Positions 1 to 10,800 of a DNA stretch of 38,577 nucleotides are shown here, piece after piece (the stretch's first letter is position 1; every line of letters begins with the position of its first letter). The translations under genes were made by a program, and so were the position numbers. Below the pieces are notes generated by a model. That model did no database searches, had not been told where the DNA came from, and saw only the letters and a program-made list of their open reading frames with translations. This DNA comes from Callorhinchus milii (taxonomy: Eukaryota): positions 62,001 through 100,577 of the forward strand of contig NW_024704935.1 in NCBI RefSeq assembly GCF_018977255.1. Direction: 5' to 3'.

Positions 1-209
1 TGCACCTCCTGACGTCACCGTGACTTGGACACAAGGAAATACACATTTACAGTCTGGAAATGGGAAACCGTCTGCTACTGAGCCTCAGGAAGTGATCAGT
101 AAATTAATCATTTCTTCACAAGACTGGAACAGTGGGAAAGAATTCTTCTGTGTTGCCAGCCATGACGATATGCCAAATCCAATCAAAGAAATGACATTGA
201 AGAGGAAAG
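1..209 (+). CDS. IGHM: Immunoglobulin mu heavy chain, penultimate constant exon (Cmu3), 5'-truncated by the window edge
   Basis: The frame from nt 2 reads APPDVTVTWTQG...SKLIISSQDWNSGKEFFCVASHDDMPNPIKEMTLKRK, with the Ig C1-set Trp, the DWxSGxxFxCxxxH motif and the F-strand Cys. It ends at a phase-1 donor G|GTGAGT (209/210). Confidence 0.88.
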
Positions 210-720
210 GTGAGTAGCCAGGTTTCAGGAAATAAATCATTTATTTATTTACTTATTTATTTATTTATTTATTTATTGTAATTTCAGGTTGAAGACGACA
301 GATGCAATTGTGAATACAATTATATGCTCTCTGTTTTTTACTGCTTGACGATAGATAAATTTATTCCCTCGCATGCTGGCCAAAAACCAATAGATAGATA
401 TAACTTGATAAGTACATTAATTCACACGAATTATATCGAAGCAATATCTAGTCATTACATCTGGAGGCTATTTACATATTTTCTTATTGAGTTAAGGTAG
501 CCACATCTAAACTGCTGGTCACTTGGTGCAAATAATAAAGTGCTGTCGGGACATTAGAATCCACGCTAGAGTTCCCAGTTACACCCGCAGTTACAAACCA
601 CTGAGCACAGCCTGAACAGATACACACATTATTCTCAGATTGTTCTGCAGGACCTGGAGCTTCAAACTTCTCTCAGATTCACATCATCAGTGTACTGATT
701 CGCTTGTTTACTTCCCACAG

Positions 721-1112
721 TTGAGTACACAAAACAACCGTCGGTGTATCTCCTCCTCCCCTCGGCAGAGGAATTGTCTGCTCAGTACACTGTCACCCTC
801 ACTTGCCTGGTGAAGGACTTCGCTCCCAAAGAGATCTTTGTGCAGTGGACTGTGAATGACCAGGTGATTGATGCTAAGAACTTCAGGAACACTGAGGTGA
901 TGGCAGACAGTGCAGATCACAACTATTCCATGTACAGCATGTTGTCCATCTCAGCTGGAGAGTGGAACAGTGGTCTCTCCTACTCCTGTGTGGTCGGACA
1001 TGAAACCTTCCCACTGAAGACCCTGACCAGAACCGTTGATAAATCGAGCGGTAAACCGAGTTTTATAAATACTGCCCTTGTCCTGGTGGACAGCATGAAT
1101 ATGTGTCAATAA
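721..1112 (+). CDS. IGHM: IgM heavy chain last constant exon (Cmu4) plus contiguous secretory tailpiece
   Basis: Acceptor CTTCCCACAG| at 720, in phase with the previous exon (G+TT=Val). Reads VEYTKQPSVYLLLPSAEEL...TLTCLVKDFAPKEIFVQW...YSCVVGHETFP...VDKSS, then the 20-aa tail GKPSFINTALVLVDSMNMCQ* with penultimate Cys; stop TAA at 1110-1112. The tail resembles chondrichthyan mu tails. Confidence 0.93.
1048..1056 (+). promoter_or_regulatory. Internal 5' splice donor at the Cmu4/secretory-tail boundary (used for the membrane form)
   Basis: G|GTAAAC at 1050/1051 inside the Gly-Lys codons, the same position as the conserved donor in vertebrate mu genes. Phase 1 matches the TM1 acceptor at 3221. 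Confidence 0.88.
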
Positions 1113-1203
1113 GTGTCTCTCAATACCATTTCGCTTATCCTTTTTTGCATCCGCCTCAGTATCATTGCATTGTCATGTTTGATTTCATAGCAAAATGAAC
1201 TCA

Positions 1204-1209
1204 AATAAA
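1204..1209 (+). terminator. Poly(A) signal for secretory mu mRNA
   Basis: AATAAA about 90 nt after the secretory stop, followed by a GT-rich element (TGGTGTAGTTATG). A second AATAAA lies at 1429-1434. Confidence 0.7.
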
Positions 1210-1689
1210 GATCATTGGTGTAGTTATGAGTCACGTACAGAGGTGTTGATTTAAAACTAATTACACATACAATCTCTCGAGTGAAGAGGTACATCCTTTG
1301 TTTGAGCGGATATCAGCACCAAGTTAATACAACCATCATTTTGTTTTGAATACTCATAAGCGTGGGCAAAGGTTTTAATAAGTGTCAGACACTCTTCAGA
1401 TGTCCCCCAACCCCCGCAACCCCCCAAAAATAAAGGTAATATTACTGTTACAAATCAATCGACATCACTACCGAAAATCCAATCTCAGCCTGGATTTTAT
1501 TTGCAACTTGCTTTAGAATTGCAAAGGAGAGCTGCACCAGGAATTTTCTTTTTCACTCTGTAACACCGCATTCTACGCGTAGCAGCATTTCGGATGTAAA
1601 ACTATGGCCTTTATTGCCACACTTCCTATACATATTCACTTCAACAAGCAATTAGCCACACATGTACATTGTAAAAAAATTACACTCAT

Positions 1690-2045
1690 TCGCACTCACA
1701 TCCGCTCCCGCTCACACACACACAACTTACAGTCACACTCACACGCACACACATCCACCCAGATCCCCACAAATTCACACACACTCACTCATACATCCAG
1801 ACCCACACACAATCACTCACACCCAGGCCCAGACACACTCACGCACACTGAATTCCACCCAGACCCACCCAAACTCACATGCACTCGCATCTACCCAGAC
1901 CCCCACACACTCACACACACATAATCATACACCCAGGCCCACATACCCCCATACCCACCCAGGCGCAGAGACACTCACATGCATTCAATTACACACAGAC
2001 TCACGCACACTCACACACATTCACACCCACACAGCCCCTCACACA
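1690..2045 (+). repeat. Degenerate CA-rich microsatellite (ACAC/ACCCAGA/ACTCAC units) in the Cmu4-TM1 intron
   Basis: Visible low-complexity CA/CCCA runs; explains the His/Thr-rich ORFs at 1604-2082. Confidence 0.85.
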
Positions 2046-2199
2046 CTCAAGAGCGCTCAGGGTTGAACGCTCTTGCACTTAATCCACAATATATCTAGTT
2101 GATTTACAAAGACGCTTGTGCTGGATGCTCTGTGCTCTTCAATAATATTAACGAATTTGAAATATAAACGATGCCATTGATTAAAAACATTAGTGATGA

Positions 2200-2900
2200 A
2201 GTAATGCGGGTAATGGACACACTCAAGAATAACCTGTTGAATTGCATAAGATAACAGAATCTTTGCCGAGTTGGCACAAAAGTTAAAATGCAGTTGAATG
2301 TTGATACAACGCTTTATTCAAAGTATATTTAGGAAACATATTAATTGAAGGATGTGCAGAACTATTCCGTTAGGGCGTAAACTGGAGTATAAGTCGATTA
2401 AAATCGGTATCGGAAGATCGGAAGACCATTCAAAATAAGTTTGTGATTGTCTCAACGGGTGTCAGTTACATATACATTGAACAGACTTGTGAATTGAGTA
2501 CTTCATGTGTTTCTGGACACGTTATTGCACAAAAGACATAAGAGCTGCTGAGAGAGTTTTGGGTAGTTTCACAAAGATCATGAAAATAATGCTTTATATT
2601 GAAGAGGATCAGCTACAAATATCGTGGCTGATCTAAAAAGGAACGTAAAATTATTTAAATCCATGAAGATTTTTAAAGACTGAAACTAGATTGTATCCAC
2701 AAACGGGACACAACATCCAGGAAAACCACTGTAATATATAAAGAGATTGTCGATTTTTACATCGAAATCTTTCAGAATATATGAATCTTCACCACCATAT
2801 CATAGTGCAAAGGAACTTTAAATGATATTTCTTTAGTGCTGGTGTAAGCACGCAGTCGGACAGGCAGAAAGTTGGAATTGGAGGATTGGAGTAGATCTGT
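2200..2900 (+). mobile_element. Highly degenerate CR1-type LINE ORF2 C-terminal remnant
   Basis: Broken similarity to CR1 RT C-terminal motifs: TGGCAC...ATGCAGTTGAATGTTGATA (WQMQFNVDK-like) and TTCTGGACAC...AAAGACATA...GAGAGAGT...TTCACAAAGATCAT (FWSP..KDI..LERVQRRFTRMI-like). No intact frame; boundaries approximate. Confidence 0.5.
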
Positions 2901-3220
2901 CCTTTTACTACCAGCGGAGTATCAACGGGAGCATTTCCGTCCTTTTGTAATTCCGCAAATTTAATTTTCCCAAAGTATTCCCCAAACTTTCTTAGGATTC
3001 AATAATTGTGAGGAACAAAGAATAACATATTTCGTTCTATATTGCTGTTAAAATTAAAAGATTCGAAGAATTGGCAGGCAGTTTTGTGTGGTTTGACAGA
3101 GGGCGGGATCCCGTGATCAACTGGGAAACGCTACCGGCAATAACAATCCAACAAGGAAAAGTAGAAAAGTCTCAGGGTTCAATCCACACTGAAGATGTTT
3201 ATTCCTTTGTTTTCTCACAG

Positions 3221-3351
3221 ATTTCCCAAACGAGATGATGCGAGAAGGTTTTGAACAAGGTCCAATTGACAACCTCTGGGCCACTGCTTCCACCTTCATC
3301 ATCCTCTTCTTCCTGAGTATGCTCTACAGCGCCGCCGTCACTCTGATTAAG
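3221..3351 (+). CDS. IGHM: IgM membrane exon TM1 (extracellular spacer plus transmembrane helix)
   Basis: Acceptor TTTCTCACAG| at 3220, phase 1 (G+AT=Asp). Reads [44 protein letters not shown], containing the antigen-receptor CART motif (W..T..TF..LF.LS..YS..VT). Donor AAG|GTGATG. Confidence 0.93.
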
Positions 3352-3869
3352 GTGATGAGAGTAAATTAATTGACGCCTTGATGTGAGGTAACAGCTGCTG
3401 TTCAATACTTGTAAGTGATACACGGATAATGATGCTATTTGCAACCATCGGGCTGGTAAAATTCCCCTGTCCGTACAGACCAAGATCCATGTGACCGGGC
3501 TATGTGAGTGTGTGGAGCATGTCCAAACATCCTTGCACACCCTATCACACCTGAAATATACACACCTGGTGTAGACACAGGCAAAGGCAAGGGTCAAGCA
3601 CAGATTATGTGAATCTTTCGGCATATTGTGGACACTATACAACATGGCGTAGGCCTTCTGCCCATGTCAGCCCCCAGCAGACAAACAAAAATTCACACAG
3701 GATCAGTTGGATTCGTGTGTGTTTATTGTGTGTGTATTTGTATGTTAGTATGTGGTTGTATGTGTGTCTGTGTGGATATTGGTATACTTATACAGATAAA
3801 CACAATCTTGGATATCAATTCTCCACCGAGGGTGAAAATACTCATTCTGTCTTTACTTTTATTTTCCAG

Positions 3870-3878
3870 ATAAAATGA
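3870..3878 (+). CDS. IGHM: IgM membrane exon TM2 (Ile-Lys-stop)
   Basis: Long pyrimidine tract and acceptor TTTATTTTCCAG| followed by ATA AAA TGA. Phase 0 matches the TM1 donor, giving the cytoplasmic tail K-I-K. Confidence 0.82.
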   Translation: MK

Positions 3879-4059
3879 GTTTCTTAAGATCATATTCATC
3901 CATGTGTCTCATCCGTTTCAGTTTAACAACAGTGTCTTGTGACCGATTATGTGCTGATTTTTTCACCCATTGTACAAATCAGCCGAAATATTGTGCAACT
4001 ACATGAATTTTAGTGGCTTTTCTTACTGATGCTTTATTTTACAATTGCGTTTTGGAAAC

Positions 4060-4065
4060 AATAAA
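4060..4065 (+). terminator. Poly(A) signal for membrane mu mRNA
   Basis: AATAAA about 180 nt after the TM2 stop, with downstream ATTGTCGTT. Confidence 0.7.
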
Positions 4066-4793
4066 TATTGTCGTTAACGTCACGACTCTCTGATATTCTT
4101 TATTTGCTGTTTACCATTTTTGTGATGTAATGATACAGAAAGACAATGGCTGTGGTTATCTGCCCTTTGATTTTAATCTGAAGCTGAATATTGTATCTGC
4201 TCCCTTTTGGTAATGTCTCTATATAGTTTCGCTGAAATATCAATAGAAATGTGAAAGCTGATTGAGCTGTCTGATCTATTTCTTTCCTGTTCCTTTTTGT
4301 GTCAATTTTGTCTAAGCCCCTGATTTCCACATTCTTCCGATTCCCAGTAGTTCAGCATTAAACAAAAGTTGTTAAACGTAATGTCCTTCTGCAGATATAG
4401 ATTTGTTGAGAACACTAATGGGTAAACACATTTCCACTTGAGTTGTTCTTCGCTCCAGTAACCAGCAGATGCTTCCGTTCACCAGTGATTAGCTGCATAC
4501 TCAGGTACAGTTTCAGACACATGACTGTTCTAATATAGTAACATGCAGCTCTGTCTTAGAGTATTTATAGTACAGTGCGTGTGTTCAATCTGTTTTATTC
4601 ATTGACAGAGTTTTATCTCCTGCCTGTGCTGAGCTGCACAATTTGAAATGAACAGCTTCATGAAAGAAAACAATAAACAGATCAAGAATAAATGTTTAAC
4701 AATTTCACCGTAATATGGAAATTCTCTGCGAAAAAGCACATTTGTTCTGACCTTTCTGTGGCCACTATTGCCGTTTGTTTTCTCTAAATTAAT

Positions 4794-4813
4794 ATTTGCA
4801 TATTTTCCATGTG
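4794..4813. promoter_or_regulatory. Octamer (ATTTGCAT) plus adjacent E-box (CATGTG); candidate IgH 3' enhancer core
   Basis: Perfect octamer at 4794-4801 and muE3-type CATGTG at 4808-4813, about 730 nt past the membrane poly(A) signal. Motif-only evidence. Confidence 0.3.
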
Positions 4814-5120
4814 AATCATTCTCCAGTTTTCTCAACTTATACCCTCAATGTCTTACTTGTTAACCAGTTGAGTTTTGCCCTCTTGTCGCCCATCCTCTGC
4901 AGCCAATTTTATTTATGAATAGTGAACCATTAGTGCAGAAATGTGATGTAACATTATCCTAGATTGTGTTGTAAACGTAAAAGCAGAACATTTGTTCTAT
5001 CCTGCTTTCAGTACTATTAACGTCCACAGTTATTTTCGCTTTGGATCTGATCTGACCCAATGTAGCAGCTCAGTTGGAAAATCAGTAATGCGTTGCAATA
5101 GTAAACCTGGGCCTTTCCAG

Positions 5121-5410
5121 TTCACCATCCACCATCCTCACAGTCACATACACTTCTCATGTCCGCAAATATTAACTGGATCTGAAAATATTATTTCCTG
5201 AAATCAATCTATCTGATTTGCTTTTGAAAGAATCAACGCTTTCTGATTTCAACGTCTCCCGATAAATTCACCATCCACCATTCTCCCATTCAGTCACATT
5301 TACTTTTCACGTCCCCAGATCTCTACTGTATCCCAAGATGTTATTCCCTAAAATCAATCTATCTGTTTAGAATTTTGAAAGAATCTTCACTTTATGCTTT
5401 AACCATTCCA
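5121..5410. repeat. Diverged tandem duplication, period about 146 nt (possibly from a CR1 3' tail on the minus strand)
   Basis: TTCACCATCCACCA at 5121 and 5267; CAGTCACAT, AAATCAATCTATCTG and TTTTGAAAGAATC each occur twice at about the same spacing. Confidence 0.7.
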
Positions 5411-5939
5411 GAGAAATCCTGTACCAAGCATTTACTGCTCGCTCCCTGAAATAGTGTTCATACAGAATTGTATTGAATTTCAATTGCAGGAAATGTCCTC
5501 TGCTTTGCACTACACTGTGTACGCCTCCAAAATTAGCATCGCTGGGAAGGAGCCTTGCGGGGAGGAATACTCATTTGTTTAAATCACGCTTTGCACCTTT
5601 ATGCTGAATTTGTCTGTATCCGGCAATAAGAAATTGTTAAATACTGCCAAAAAATTAATGTCAGTATTGAATTGTACTGACTTCAAAGAATTGTCCATTT
5701 CTGCAAATTTCAAAATGTTGCAGGTATAAAGTTAATTTAGACCATTGTGGAATTCAGCCCATTAATCCTTTCCATATTAGGGAGGTTCATGCTGTTTAAT
5801 GTAATTGTTCCTTTACTTCACTGTACTTTTATTCAGCTATACATCCAAGAACCTTTGCAACTTGTTATGGAAATCTTGGAATAAAGGAATTATGAAACAA
5901 GTGTAGAATTTTAATCTCTATCATCCCAAAGCAGCACAG

Positions 5940-6620
5940 ACCATGCCATAATATGGCCACTGAGAAAACAAACAGGATATTGGGCAACATCCTGAACCAG
6001 TTAAGGCTGAAATCCTCAGAAACCATCATGAAGCTGTACAGAGATTGTTCACGCTGAACGTGGCCATTACTAATTGTCCAAATTAAAGGCCTGGATTATA
6101 AAATGTATAGAGATCAACAAGGCTCTTTTCATCAGTGAAGGTCATGTTCTATGAGGAACAGTTAATAAATTGGTGTAAAAATATATATGCAATTGTANNN
6201 NNNNNNNNNNNNNNNNNNNNNNNNNNNNNNNNNNNNNNNNNNNNNNNNNNNNNNNNNNNNNNNNNNNNNNNNNNNNNNNNNNNNNNNNNNNNNNNNNNNN
6301 NNNNNNNNNNNNNNNNNNNNNNNNNNNNNNNNNNNNNNNNNNNNNNNNNNNNNNNNNNNGTTTGCAAGAAATAGAGGAGCAGGAGTCAGGAGTCTGTTTC
6401 AGGGATAGCTTAACTACAATAGTTTTCCAGAAAACCGACAACATTGTGGAACGCTTGTTGTCTGGAATGGAATTTGGATCTTCTATTCTGGAGGAACAGA
6501 CCTTTCAACGTAATTTAGTGAGATCTGGTTAGTAACACTTGGGTGTGGGATTGTGTAACTACTGGGATTAAAATGCCAGTTAAATTCCAGAACCGGCGAT
6601 TGCATGTAAAATCTCGGTAG
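5940..6620 (+). mobile_element. Degenerate CR1-type LINE remnant interrupted by an assembly gap (N 6198-6359)
   Basis: AAAACAAACAGGATATTGGGC...ATCATGAAGCTGTAC (KANRILG..I..LY-like) and TTTTCCAGAAAA...ATTGTGGAAC (FSQRVVNLWN-like). Confidence 0.42.
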
Positions 6621-7954
6621 TTTCCTATATCGTGATCAGTTAGATCTATCCTAACAATTGTTGATTTGGCCTACAGTATTCATCGGACGTAATTGAGAAC
6701 AGTTCAAGAGCCTCCTTTAACCAGTTTGCCCCAATGGTCCTACAAATGAGGAAGCCACTCCGGCTGGTTTGTCAACAGCAGGGCCTAAAATGAGCCACTT
6801 GACCAGGAACAGACCGATCAAGGCTCATGCAAAGCTTTGACTCAATTCCCATATTTTATGCCAAGTGTTCCACCTTAGAGTCAAGGAGTTAAGCTCCAAT
6901 GAGACAGGTACACTCCCCACACGCCTGCTGCCACACCACACACACTGCCTGGCCTTCACAACCAACGTCAGATTACAGTACAACAAATGCATCCACAATT
7001 TATAACTTGGAGTAAAAATTACTTCAACAAACGCCATGATTTGGGGAATAAGTAATGTTAATGAAAACTTTACTGAAACCACCAAACAACATTTACAAGA
7101 TAATGTTGACATTGGTCACGTGATCATCTAAGAAAGTACTCAGATACGTTTCTGCAGGAAACATGCACTTTCTGACTCTAAATTAGAGGTGCTTCACCTT
7201 AATATAAACATCACTTTAAACCAGCTGCTAGAAACTAGTTAAAAATATTACAACAAATAGCATTTTCCAAACACACCTTATGCCTGTGGAAATCAAAAGT
7301 TTACTTCAGAAATTGTTCTGCAGAGGATATAAGTCTGTTGATAAGCATTTGTAACTATTGGGAATACTGTACACGACAGCATTAATATTATCTGATGACA
7401 GAACACTGACCCATACAGGAACACAAGTTTGAAAGCTTAAATCTTACTGAAAGTTAATTTCTAGTCTAATATGTTTTGGTTGTTTAATATTTCAATAAAC
7501 AAATAATTAATTTAAATAATTATAAACCCTCCAGCCAAATTTTATATTTCAGAATTAATACAAATGTTCGACACCAATTGCAGATGAATTAGCACCGGGA
7601 AGAATAACAATTTGCAGTTATTATTACGGCAGCATATTTTTTTACAAAGCAGTAGCTACGTGAAGAATGAGTATGAATGTAGATCAAAATCTTTTTGATT
7701 GAATAAAATAGAAACATTCCAAACGAACATTGGGCAGGTATTTTAGAAATTATTATTTTGAAACCAAACATTTCAGAAAATATTATCAATATCGTGCCTA
7801 AGGATGTTTGCATAAAATGTTGGAAAGATGTAAATTGCTTTTATTCTCTCTGTCTGAATGCTGAGGTTACCGCTAACCATGTGAATTTAATTGGCTCATT
7901 TGGCTCCATCCCCTCTTTGAGACTTTGAACTTGCATATCATTAACCTTCTGCAT

Positions 7955-8140
7955 TAACCTGGCTGAGTTGGCAGCACTCTCGCCTCCCAGTCAGAAAGCC
8001 GTGTGATTAAGCCCAATGTTTGCATGTGGAACTGATAAACTCCAGGCCGCCATCGCAATCCAGTGCAGGAGTTAAACTCAATAGTGGGAGATTTGATTTG
8101 TCTGCTTCTGCGATGTTAAAGGTCCCATACTTCTGTTTTT
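7955..8140 (+). mobile_element. Old tRNA-head SINE remnant
   Basis: GGCTGAGTTGGCAGCACTCTCGCCTCCCAGTCAGAAAG (degenerate box A head) and GATGTTAAAGGTCCCAT, resembling shark Deu-type SINE bodies. Confidence 0.35.
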
Positions 8141-8324
8141 ATTAAAAAAGGGAATATCTCAAACAATCTTGCCTAAACTCCCCACTATTCAACGCTATAT
8201 TTTCTCAGTATCAAAAACCCCGATGTCTACCAGCCGAACCCCCTCACCCCCCACCCCATCATTTAAAGGTTCTTTGCCGGATGCCTCAGTCATTATTGAT
8301 CAGTTGTCAGAATTTCTGTTCATT

Positions 8325-8600
8325 AGTTGTTGAGCATTCGCCTTGCAAGCGGTTTCGATTCCAGGCGGGGCAAAATCTTTGTTAAATTTCATTAGTCCAC
8401 TTAGCTAATATTAGCCCCTGAAGAAAAAAAAGTCTAATTAATTGATCACTTCAATCAAGCACTGTGTGTGGGACAAGGCTGTGTGCAATTGGCTGCCGCG
8501 TTTTATCAACAAATATACAGCGAATGCACTTGATAGATTTTTTTGTGAAGCACACTGAGACTTCCAGAAGACGTGAAAAGCGCTAAATAATATGCATCGA
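8325..8600 (+). mobile_element. Degenerate copy of the Deu-type tRNA SINE
   Basis: Box-B-like GGTTTCGATTCC, body TGTGGGACAAGGCTGTGTGCAATTGGCTGCCGCG, and tail GACGTGAAAAGCGCTAAAT, all matching the intact copy at 35360-35686. Confidence 0.7.
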
Positions 8601-10344
8601 TTGTTAATATTTATTACCTTATGATAGAATTTTTTCTTAATAAACAAATAGATACTTAAAATGAGTTTTACACATTATCTGCCATGGTTTCCTATCTTCA
8701 GAAACATGCGCTCTGTGGTCAGTGAGTTGTTTCTGGTGATCTGGAGATGAATATCGCATTAGTGGAAATGTAGGAGAACAGCAGAGCAACAGCGATTACA
8801 TACGAAACTGTCACTCATTGGCTGCGACAAACGTCAGTGACATTTGAAGAGACAAATCCCATTTAAACAAGTTGAACCATCAATTGGAGCATCAACTAAC
8901 AACCATTCAAATAAATAATTATGTAATGAAATATTGATTGAAAATGGCACATCATCGGTTTTGGACGGAAGGATAGATAGATTGGGTTGAACAATGGATG
9001 GACGTATGAATGGGTTGAGTTTTTTGTATGTTGTTAGGGATCGATGGGAGAACGGCTGAGTGTATTGACAGATGAATGGACAGACAGATGGATGTGTTGA
9101 CCTTTGACGGTCAGATGGATGGTTTGTTTAACTGACACATAGTTCTAACAAGCAGTGGAAGAATTTGAAATATAGAAGTGCTGGAATATTGTTTTACACG
9201 GTACTACCCCGTTTGCATATCAATAAACCATCTGGACAGTGATCAGATAAAGCAAAGTATTTTTCTTCAGATTCCCTTGGAAAAACTTAAAATCCCAATG
9301 CATTTCAAAATTCCTGCTATTCAAGACGCTCATGGGTCCAAATTCACATCAGAAAATAACAGCATTGACAGTGCTCAAGTTTCCGAAATCCTCCTGTAGC
9401 GCCGCCTAATGGTTACACGAGAGCATGAGCTACACTGCGGTCAAAAGGTACTGAGGCCTTCAATAAGTGTTTCACCAAATTGCGTATCGCAAGAAAAGCA
9501 AATCATGTGACATTTGGTTGCACAATCAGGGCTGTTCAGCGTTCAAAGCAAATTTGTCAGGGGGAATCACACAGATTTGAAATGGAATTGAGAAACTATT
9601 TCCACAAAATGCTGATGATTTAATTGTTACCTTCGAGATATTTAGATATATGTCTGGCTGGGACATTGTGTTGAAATTGCTGCCAGGACATGGCTCCGAA
9701 CGCTTACTGCCCTCTTGCATCTTCGCGAGGCGTTTGTAAACTGTCATTGACGTGTCAGGTTTGTGCTCAAGTCAATGTCATTACATTAACGATTTTAGCT
9801 TCACGGTGTTAATTTTGTGCCCCTGGTATGGCTTCTTTGTGGAAATTTAATACATCTTCTTGATTTTTTTCAGTGAAGCACGTAATAGATCTGTGGCACA
9901 CTGGTGCTGACCCAATTCGTTTAATTCTACAGATAGCATTAATTTGTTAGAAATATATACATGTACATATGTACAATTTGGCCATCCAATCGATGATTGT
10001 TTGTATGGACAGAGCTATGTGTAATTGTTTGCCACGTTTCGCCGAAAAATATACAGTCGAATAAAAATAATATATTGTGCTAACGCTTTGTGACGACTCG
10101 AAGACACAATATTACAAGTCTGTAATGGGACGCTTATGCATGGTAGTGGATCTGCGAATGTGTCCAAACCCCATCTCCGTGATTCACTCCACCGACTGTC
10201 CCTCAAAAAAATTGACAGAAAGTTATTCCAATTTAGAGAGCAGCGTTATTTTTTATTTCAATTGTCTCGTAACTTGGCCCACATTATGTGACCGAATTGG
10301 GCTACACAGGGCTGGGAAACCGTCAAACACACCACTGAGCTGAA

Positions 10345-10710
10345 ACTTGCAGGTGCTGCTGGTTGAAGCACTCGCCCCGTAACCGATGTTACCTGTGTTA
10401 GATTCCCAGTAGGGTTTAAACTCTGGGCAAATATCCTTACTCCACACACTGCATTTTACCTATCAAAAAGCAGGAAATCGCTTGATAGAATGGCAGATCA
10501 TATTTTGGGGGAAGATAGTCGCTTGAATAAGGAAACATATATAATCGTTGGTCACTGTCTTTACATCTTTTTGTGGGACACTTCTGTGCACACTCTGCTG
10601 CCGTAATTCATCCAAAATATGTCCTCAGTACAGGTTGCCATTTATTTAGTCAAGCGAAGACGTGTTGAGGCCCGATATCAAAATGCAAGGATTGCTACTA
10701 TTGTTATCTT
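10345..10710 (+). mobile_element. Degenerate SINE copy immediately downstream of the GPCR pseudogene
   Basis: Head GGTTGAAGCACTCGCC...GGGCAAATATCCTTACTCCACACA, body GTGGGACACTTCTGTGCAC, tail GACGTG...GATATCAAAATGCAAGGATT. Confidence 0.55.
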
Positions 10711-10800
10711 ATTGCTCAAAAACGTAGCACAGAAACTTGAGGATCACACTCCTGGCGAAATGATCAATGTCAGTCATTGGAAAACAATAATGGATTTATT

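Noticed and set aside
10-17. CRE palindrome TGACGTCA at the window start
   Set aside because: It lies within Cmu3 codons (Pro-Asp-Val-Thr) and is explained by coding sequence.
721-1112. Assignment as IgW or IgNAR instead of IgM
   Set aside because: The tail (GKPSF..N..L.L.D..N.CQ) and the Cmu4-like domain resemble mu more closely. The upstream exons are outside the window, so this is not fully excluded.
1604-2082. His/Thr-rich ORFs
   Set aside because: Translation of a CA microsatellite inside the IgM intron; no splice or domain support.
8940-9130. GGAT/GGAC-rich stretch
   Set aside because: Decayed tetranucleotide microsatellite with no further structure.
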